Source: Eledone cirrhosa
Taxonomy: Eukaryota
Direction: 5' to 3'
Assembly: GCA_964016885.1 (NCBI GenBank)
Contig: OZ024740.1
Span: forward strand, 277,016,001-277,080,000
DNA length: 64,000 nt
Below the pieces are notes generated by a model. That model had not been told where the DNA came from. It did not search any database and worked only from the letters and a program-made list of their open reading frames with translations. Position numbers and translations under genes: made by a program. This document shows positions 55,556 through 64,000 of the stretch, one piece after another (positions within the stretch are counted from its first letter, which is position 1; each line of letters begins with the position of its first letter).

Positions 55556-58425
55556 TTGTTCATTTAGCTTGGGTTGGAATTTATCAACAAAATTCTTTTC
55601 TTTAATTTTTCTCTTGATTTCAATTTGACTGTAATTTGTAGAATGGAAATATTATAAATATTTTCTTACCACATGTTGCTAGCTGGTTACTCAGGGGTAT
55701 CTGACGGACATTTGGGTATCTGAGTTGCTGTCGGTGCACCCGTGCACGTTCCGATAATGCATTTCCAGTTTGACCGACATATAGTTCTTCACAATTCGGG
55801 CATTTAATGCAGTAAATTAGATTTCTGCATTTGCAGTTCATTTTGTGTTCATATATTGACCAGTGTGTATGGATCGACATGTGCCACATCGATTATCATT
55901 GCATTTAGATACAGTGAATGATTGGTCTTTGTTGTTGAGGTCAAACTTTGCCTTTGTTAGTAATTGCTTCAAATTTTTCGGCTGCCTTTTACTAAGAGTC
56001 AAAGATCAGTCTGTGATTAAGCCTTTTAATTCATTACTTTGAGCAATGATCGGTAGGTTTGCTTTGGCAGTGTTGAAGATATTCTGGTGACATGGGTTGT
56101 GTGCATTATAAATGGTATAACCAGTTCTTGGTTTCTTCTCCCTTGGGTTGTCCTAAATTGTTGTATAGGTATTTTTATAGCCCGCTGTATGCCATAAGTA
56201 GAGATGGGTATTTTTGTTTGAGCAAAATTTCTCTCAGTTCTGTTAGGCGTTTGTTCCTGGTATTCATATCTTCTACAATGGTACAAATTCTTCTGGCTAA
56301 GCAGTATGGGATGTTGCGTTTTGTATGAGGTGGATGGCACGACTCAAAAATTCAGATATTGATGGGTGTCTGTGTGTTTATAATATATATCCGTGGTAAT
56401 GGTGGTGTAGTTTTTGATTACCATTATATCTAGGAATGGTAATTTGGTACTACTCATCATCTCTTTTGTGAATTGGAGAGATGGGTGTAGGTTATTCAGG
56501 AGGATATTGAACTCATCCAGAGTATCTAGAGATTCTGTCCAGATGATGAAACAGTCGTCAAGGTATCTCTTCCAATGTACTTTCTAAAGTCAGTGCTATA
56601 TTTTTCCTCTATTTCTTGGTTGATTTGTTGTTCTAAGTATCCCATTACAGAGTTCGCGTAAACGGGAGCAAACTTCTTTCCCATCGCTGTGCCTCTAATT
56701 TGGATGTAATTCTTTCCATTGAAGAAGAAAGTGTTGTTTTCCAGAATAAGTTTGACTGTGTCTAATATAAATGGCGCTGTGAATCTGGTGGGAATCACTT
56801 CTCTATGTTTTCCACCCAGTATTTAACCGCCTTTATTCCTAAATCATGTGTAATGTCGGTGTAAAAGCTTACCACATCAAAACTAAGTAGAAGTGAATTC
56901 GTTTCCGTGGTTTGGGGAAGATGGGACAGGAAGTCGATATCATCCCGGATGAAACTGGGTATGTGAATACATAGTGGTTTCAAAATAATTGTTTCTACTT
57001 TTGGCACAAGGCCAGCAATTACCTAGTACATTACTGGTACTTTATTTTATCGACCCCGTAAGGATGAAAGGCAAAGTTAACCTCAGCGGGATTTGAACTC
57101 AGATCATAAAGGGCCGTAACTCTATGCTGCAAAGCATTTGCGTCCTACTCTCTACCGATACTGCCAATCCACCGCCTTGGTTTCAAAATAATGTCAACAA
57201 AATTGCTTAGACGGTGGGTAGGGCATGTTGGACCAGCTATAATAGGTCTAAGTTTTAAGTCTTTTGGGTGTAGTAATTTAATGTACTCAGTTTTTTGTTC
57301 TTTTACTGCCAGTTGGAATTCTTTTTACTTCTTTTGAACTTTCGGTAGGCCATACAGGTTGCTGGGCTTTGGCTCAAAATTGGTGATATAGTCTCTTTCC
57401 TTATCAGTAAGTGAGTTGTAGTATTTTGAAGCCGGGTTGTTGATCTTCTTCATGATGTTGTGGTCTATATTTGACGGTATTTCATGATAGAATGTTGTCT
57501 TTCAGTTGTTCCTCAACCAATTCTTTGTAGTATTCAGCATCCATTATAACAATTGCACCCCCTTTATCTGCTTGTTTAATTATTATTGTTTTATCATTTT
57601 GTATACGTTTAAGTGCATACATTTCCGATTTGTTAATGTTTGGCCTAACATTAGTATTATGTCTAAGAGCAAATTTAGACAGGATGTCAATGTATTGGTC
57701 GAGATAGATATTTCTTCATTTTGACGGAGTGAAATTTGATTTATTCTTTACTAGTGATACATCACTCTCATTACTTTTATCAGCGAAGAATTCTACAAGT
57801 CGTAATATTCGACAGAATTCTTGGGTATCCTCCTTCAGTTCTTGGTGGTTGACTGTTGGAGTCGGTGTGAATTTCAGTCCTTTTGACAGAATTTGCATTT
57901 CATCATTGTCAAGATCTCTTTTAGATAAATTAATTATTTTAGGATCTACGTGTACAGTTGTTTTGGGTATGTTTCCTCCTGGAGTTTTTTCTTTTTCCGG
58001 TTTTTGTTGCCCTGACGTTAAAAAATGGATTTTTCTCTGTTCATGATTTATATTCCTGTTGGTGTTTGATTGATGAACTTTTGGTCGTGATATTATATTT
58101 TGTTTCGTTATGTATTTTGCCTATTTTTGGTATTATGTATATTATTTTTCCATTTCTTGTTAGCATTATTTTTAACAATCTGGGAAAATGGCCTAGGTTT
58201 GCTTTCAGGTTTAGATCGTTTTTTCGCCCAGTTTCTTGTGGGTAATCTCTGTTGAGATTTTGAGAGTGATCTGGTTATTCTACGGTTTTTTTCCCCGTTC
58301 CTTGTGGGTAGTCTCGGTTGAGATCTTGAGAATGATTTCCTGGTTTTTCTAATTCTCATGGTCTGGTCAAAGGAATATCTATCGTGTTTGTGCTTTTTGT
58401 TCATGTTGTGTGCGTTAGGGTGTTT
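55556..58425 (-). pseudogene. Decayed Penelope-like retroelement ORF (RT + GIY-YIG endonuclease)
   Basis: LSKGLKFTPTP, LYGLPKV, LLSFDVVSFYTDI, YIQIRGTAMG..FAPVYAN, RYLDDCFIIW, LPFLDI, HPPHTKRNIPY and NLIYCIKCPNCEELYVGQT appear in order on the minus strand, with frameshifts. Confidence 0.93.
56985..57177 (-). mobile_element. SINE inserted in the Penelope RT
   Basis: Full reverse consensus; 15-bp TSD tggtttcaaaataat at 56975-56989 and 57178-57192. Confidence 0.93.
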
Positions 58426-58563
58426 ATATATACACATAGATACATTCATAGATGGATATATAGATCCATATATGTATTAATATATGAATACGTATGAAAT
58501 ATATATATGTATATTTATACATATATGTGTGTTGGTGAGTGTGTGTATATTTATACTCATATT

Positions 58564-58629
<66 letters not shown>

Positions 58630-58632
<3 letters not shown>

Positions 58633-58831
58633 GAGGGTCAGCTGAAAAATTCATAGGCTGAATATGTAGGATTGGTGCTAGGGCTGCGAAATCTTGCCGT
58701 CATTAATATCAACCTATGTTATAAATTACTGCATTGTTTCTTTCCAGGGACTATGTTGAAAAATAAACTTCATATGGTTGTTCCATGAGAGTATCCTGGT
58801 CATCCTATGAACTTTTCGGCCGGACCTCGTA
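58630..58831. mobile_element. Complete mariner-like MITE (~200 bp)
   Basis: TIRs tacgagggtcagctgaaaaattcataggctga / tcatcctatgaacttttcggccggacctcgta with TA ends. Confidence 0.82.
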
Positions 58832-59636
58832 ATACACCTCAGGTGGTCGTGGCTGGAATACCTTCATCATAGATATGTTTATTAACTAGGTGCTAAACAA
58901 TAATATCAAAAACAAATAATCTCAATTAATTTATTCATATTTCATAGTTCTTCTCTCTCCCTCACACGATTTATCCCCTACTTAAATCTCCCCCAGCTTC
59001 TCCATCTCTCTCCCCCACTGTCTGTGGAAGGGTTTTATCCGAAACAGTCTTCGCTTTTTCTACAAGGCAGATAAATTATTTCACTGTTAATGCGGGGCAG
59101 ACGCTCTCCGAGAGCATTCATTATTTCCTTAGATTATACTGCTTTACGTACAACAAAAGGATAAAGATTAAATTTCATACGGACTTGTACATAAATCAAA
59201 AGTACAATTTTCTATCCTATTACATATGATGATGACCATTGTATGAAAGTAACGAATTTCTAAGTAAAACTCATCAAAAGCGAAACCTCACAAAAGCAAC
59301 TAAAAAGAATTCTAATGAAGTTGATAAAAATCGTGATATTACCGATACGGATATGTGGGAGAATCTGCCGTTTTTATGCATTCATAAAGAGTGTTGAATG
59401 TATGTTATTATTTCAGAATACTAAGATCTAATGGGCATATTAGCCCCCCAAATGCATGGTTTTATTTTAGTTGTTTAGAGGATATACACAGTTGCTGATG
59501 AAAACCTATTGAAACCGAAAATCGATTTAAGGTGATTATATGATTTTCTATTTACAGGGAAATTAAATATTAGATATATAAAAATACATTTGGCGCAGTC
59601 TCGGTTATCTATTCTGTATTTAAACAGGTATAACTT

Positions 59637-59683
<47 letters not shown>

Positions 59684-60622
59684 GCGCGCATATGTTTACT
59701 CTTTAACTCTTTCACCTGTTCCAGTCATCTGGCCATCCTGGGGCACAGCCCTATATAATATAATATAATTAATATTTATATTAATTATATTTACATTAAA
59801 TAATATTTATATATAGAGTTTCGTTTCATATATACATATATATATATATATATACATATATACATATATATATATGTAAGTGTGTGTGTGTGTGTGAGTC
59901 AGTGTATGTGTGTGTGTGTACGTGTATGTGCGTGTGTATATACATATATAAGTACATAACGTATACACATATGTAATACAAGGTCAACAATGAAAAAGCG
60001 TGCAAGAAATGTGGAGGACGATATGTATGTACATATGTATGTCTGTATATATGTAGATATATGTGATATATATATAGAGAGAGATATATACAGGCTGGGG
60101 CATAATTCTTGTTACAAAGTTTTAAATCAATTTAAAAATACATTATGTTGCTGATTTAACTAATATATTTGTATCAAATCCATGCACTATAACCATATTA
60201 ACTATTTTTCAGAACATTACCCTATTAACAATTTGATATGCAAACAATTTAACGATATGCAAATTAGGCTGATCAGCCGTTAATATGCATAAGGAAAGTA
60301 TATGCTTTCAAACGTTCAGGAAGGTATACGGTCCTGGCGATAGCTAATAAGCTTGAAACTAGTTCATCGTTCCTTTCTCAGTGTTGAACAAAAGGGCAAC
60401 GATGGTTGCCGAACACTGTACGGCTTAATTCGGGCTGTTTGTTTACAAACAAACCGAACATTATAATAAATGTTCGGTAAACCCATACGTACATATATAT
60501 ATGTGTGCATGTATGTATATATATACATACTACTGTACGTCTGTATATATATATATGTATGTACGTATACATACTTATATTTATATAAATATATATACAT
60601 ATATAATATATATATATATATA

Positions 60623-60752
60623 TACATTTAAAATATTTGATAAACACGAAATGTGTTTACATTGCAACAGACAAAGTTAGCTATTAATGAAATAAACTAA
60701 TTAAAGTGAATACAATTTGTCTGTCTCGATACAAGTCAATAAAGACAAGCTT
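60623..60752. repeat. Direct copy of the inner left arm of the 61.1-61.5 kb palindrome
   Basis: tacatttaaaatat.tgataaacac...gtcaataaagacaagctt matches 61179-61308. Confidence 0.85.
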
Positions 60753-61100
60753 ATATTGGCAACGGCCATGATTCCTGGACATATTTAAATTTCAAAATTC
60801 AAACCTGTTCTGTAGACGAATTTGAACCTCGAAACCCAAATAAGTTTCGCAACGGTGGAATGTGAATTGAAAAATAAAGAGAATCGAAATGGAATAGAAA
60901 TAAAAGAGTGAAATATCCAAATCTTCTGTGCTTATCAACAAAAATCCAGTAAAATTAGTCTATCTCACATCAAACATTTTGCAGGTCTGACTACACGTGC
61001 GTAGGCAGGCCAAAACTAGCTGTCCCGCATTCACGGTGCTAGAAATAACAGCCGCTTATGCAGGATTAAGGATCAGCTCTACAATAAAGGAGCTATACAT

Positions 61101-61505
61101 TATATTATATTTTGAGAATAAACTCTCAGTCGTTTACAATAATTAAGCTCCAGGAAGGGGCTCTTCCGAGCAGTGAAATACATTTAAAATATATGATAAA
61201 CACAAAATGTGTTTACATTGCAACAGACAAAGTTAGCTATTAATGAAATAAACTAATTAAAGTGAATACAATTTGTCTGTCTCGATACAAGTCAATAAAG
61301 ACAAGCTTGTCTTTATTGACTTGTATCGAAACAGACAAATTGTATTCACTTTAATTAGTTTATTTCATTAATAGCTAACTTTGTCTGTTGCAATGTAAAC
61401 ACATTTCGTGTTTATCATATATTTTAAATGTATTTAACTGCTCAGAAGAGCCCCTTCCTGGAGCTTAATTATTGTAAACGACTGAGAGTTTATTCTCAAA
61501 ATATA

Positions 61506-61510
<5 letters not shown>
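61101..61510. repeat. Near-perfect palindrome, ~205-bp arms, no spacer
   Basis: Axis acaag|cttgt at 61305/61306; a few arm mismatches; runs into (TA)n. Confidence 0.92.
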
Positions 61511-61562
<52 letters not shown>

Positions 61563-61741
61563 AATTAGTATATCTACCAACATATATATACAGATGCATA
61601 CCTATGCTAGCAAATATATAGGTTTTGTTATAGTAACTTTGTGATTCAATGCAAGGGCATGCAGAACAATTATATGAAAGACGTAAAATAAGAAAATTAT
61701 AAATTTTAGTAAGTTATTTTTTATAATTTTCTTATTTTACG

Positions 61742-61810
<69 letters not shown>

Positions 61811-61824
61811 CATACACATATACA

Positions 61825-61913
<89 letters not shown>

Positions 61914-62377
61914 CAAGTCGAAGCTTAGTAAAATCGAAGCTTGGCTGTGGTCAAGCAAAGTCGACCTACAATAAAGAATGAGTAGCAAAGCACTCAATAA
62001 GGGTAGGTCCTTAGTGTAATAACATACGTTTAAATAGCTTGACAAATTGAAAATTGCGGTAGGCAAAACCCAACCATACAATACCAAAGTAACGAAAGAA
62101 CTAACCAGGTTAAAAACAGACCTGGACAGATCGGACGATATTCCGCAATACGTCCGACATGTTTCTATGAACCCGAAATCATCTATCCAACTTACGTAAC
62201 ACGTAAGCTTGTTGTATTCCATGATCGAACAGGGGATTCATTTCATCAACAGGCGTTGCGTTCTACTGCCTCAAACTGGTGTGAACAAACTCAATGCGAC
62301 CGCCACAATAGACACCCTTCAAACATTTCGTTGTCACGTGTTATTTCAACAAGGGAAGCAACCCCCGGTTTTTGGCG

Positions 62378-62530
<153 letters not shown>

Positions 62531-62597
62531 TGGTAGCTAAGATGCTTCTATAGGCGGTATGCCGGTTGAGCACTCTATGCTCTTATAGCAGAGTATG

Positions 62598-62922
62598 ATA
62601 TAATATAAAACGAAAAATCACTGATGTATCTGAACTCAATTTATTGTGTGTTACAATTTTTCGCCGGCGGACAGTTCGACACGCGATCATTGTGTGGATC
62701 TGTCTAATTCTGGACCCGCAGGTTCGACGGACACGTCTAATGATTTGGGAGCATATTCTCTCACCCGAGAATATGCTCCGAAATCATTAGACGTGTCCGT
62801 CGAACGTGCGGGTCCAGAATCAGATAGATGCACACAATGATCGCGTGTCGAACTGTCCGCCGGCGAAAAATTGTAACACACAATAAATTGAGTTCAGTGC
62901 ATCACTGATTTTTCGTTTTATG

Positions 62923-62928
<6 letters not shown>
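62598..62928. repeat. Imperfect palindrome, ~162-bp arms, 6-nt loop
   Basis: Loop tcaccc at 62761-62766; mirror ORFs 62646+ and 62687- are nearly identical; ends in (TA)n. Confidence 0.92.
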
Positions 62929-62960
<32 letters not shown>

Positions 62961-63345
62961 TTTCTGAATTTGATTAGCAAGATTCTTTATCTGAAAACGT
63001 GTGTTGAAACCGATATCGTTATGCTTTGGGAGGGTCATGTTGCCAATAAGAAACACACGCACCAGTTGCTTTCACTCCAATTTATTATAAGTTAAATTTA
63101 TAAATTTAAGAATTTATAAATTTCCGGTTGGTTGGTTGGTTCCACAACCGGACGGTTGTTCATATATTGTCAAACCTCTTTCATCACACATTCTGTGACC
63201 TCTTCAGTGACTGGGGTTTCTTTTCTTTGTTTTTGTGCCTCTCCTTTGTTCTATCCTACGCCATCTTGGTTTTTTATGTGTGTTGTGTGCTTAGTTTGCG
63301 CATGTGTTACATCCGGGTGTCTGTGTGTGTTCATATTTGTTTATT

Positions 63346-63397
<52 letters not shown>

Positions 63398-63747
63398 CAC
63401 ACATACATACATATATATATATACATATTTATTTATATATATATATATATACACATATATATATATATATATAAATTTTTAAAATGTTCGCTCTTCATGG
63501 CTGAATACAATAAATGTAAGCTGAGCCTTTCGAATATTTATAATAATATTCTATTCGCTTGCAATTATGCACACAGCCTCATTTTAAATCCATCTCAGTA
63601 GAATGAGCCCCTCATTCTGACTCTTGTGTTGCATGTAAACAGAATTTCAGACACTAATGTTTCTGGGTATCACCTTTCATCAGTACAGATCACTGTTCAC
63701 CTGCCAACTGTCAGAGCTAGTGAAAATATATGCTATTTTCTAAAATA

Positions 63748-63960
63748 TACAGTGACTGTTCGGCCTGATTTGCATATTGGAAGACTGGGTGATCAGTCAG
63801 ATCTGCATATTAGCAGATCCACTGATCAGCCAGATTTGCATATCAGCAGACTGACCAGGCAGTTTCCTATATACGAGCGGTTAATGGCCGCCTTTGCCAT
63901 ATTCAAAGAAATAAATAAAAATGATCGTTCTACATGTCTGAATTTGCATATCAGCATTAG
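63748..63960. repeat. ~33-bp repeats containing ATTTGCAT, probably subterminal repeats of a Tc1-like DNA element
   Basis: gatttgcatattgg, gatctgcatattag, gatttgcatatcag after tacagtg; similar atatgcaaa motifs at 60237-60290. Confidence 0.45.
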
Positions 63961-64000
63961 TGCCTGCAGTTCTGTTTACATGCCAACACAAGAGCAAGAA

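Noticed and set aside
62646-62881. Pair of near-identical 64-aa ORFs on opposite strands
   Set aside because: Consequence of the palindrome; non-ATG starts and no recognisable domain

Overview
AT-rich, microsatellite-dense animal DNA with no recognisable host gene. The SINE repertoire resembles that of Octopus, which is an inference from remembered SINE tails. Main contents: (1) a head-to-tail array of L1/Tx1-clade retrotransposons at ~12.9-26.1 kb, each unit separated by (TATC)n; one copy has an uninterrupted APE-RT-Zn ORF2, and an older relative lies at 4.1-5.1 kb. (2) A decayed Penelope-like element (RT plus GIY-YIG) at 55.6-58.4 kb and smaller PLE fragments. (3) More than 25 tRNA-derived Nin/Deu-domain-like SINE copies and several mariner-like MITEs. 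(4) About 20 type I hammerhead ribozyme (HHR) motifs, mostly in short non-coding modules beside (TA)n. These include a near-identical 310-bp retrozyme-like array that inverts midway (six HHRs, 45.9-47.6 kb), and several palindromes whose axis looks like an HHR helix II. Nearly all short ORFs in the track are microsatellite or antisense noise. All motifs were read by eye, and repeat boundaries are approximate.
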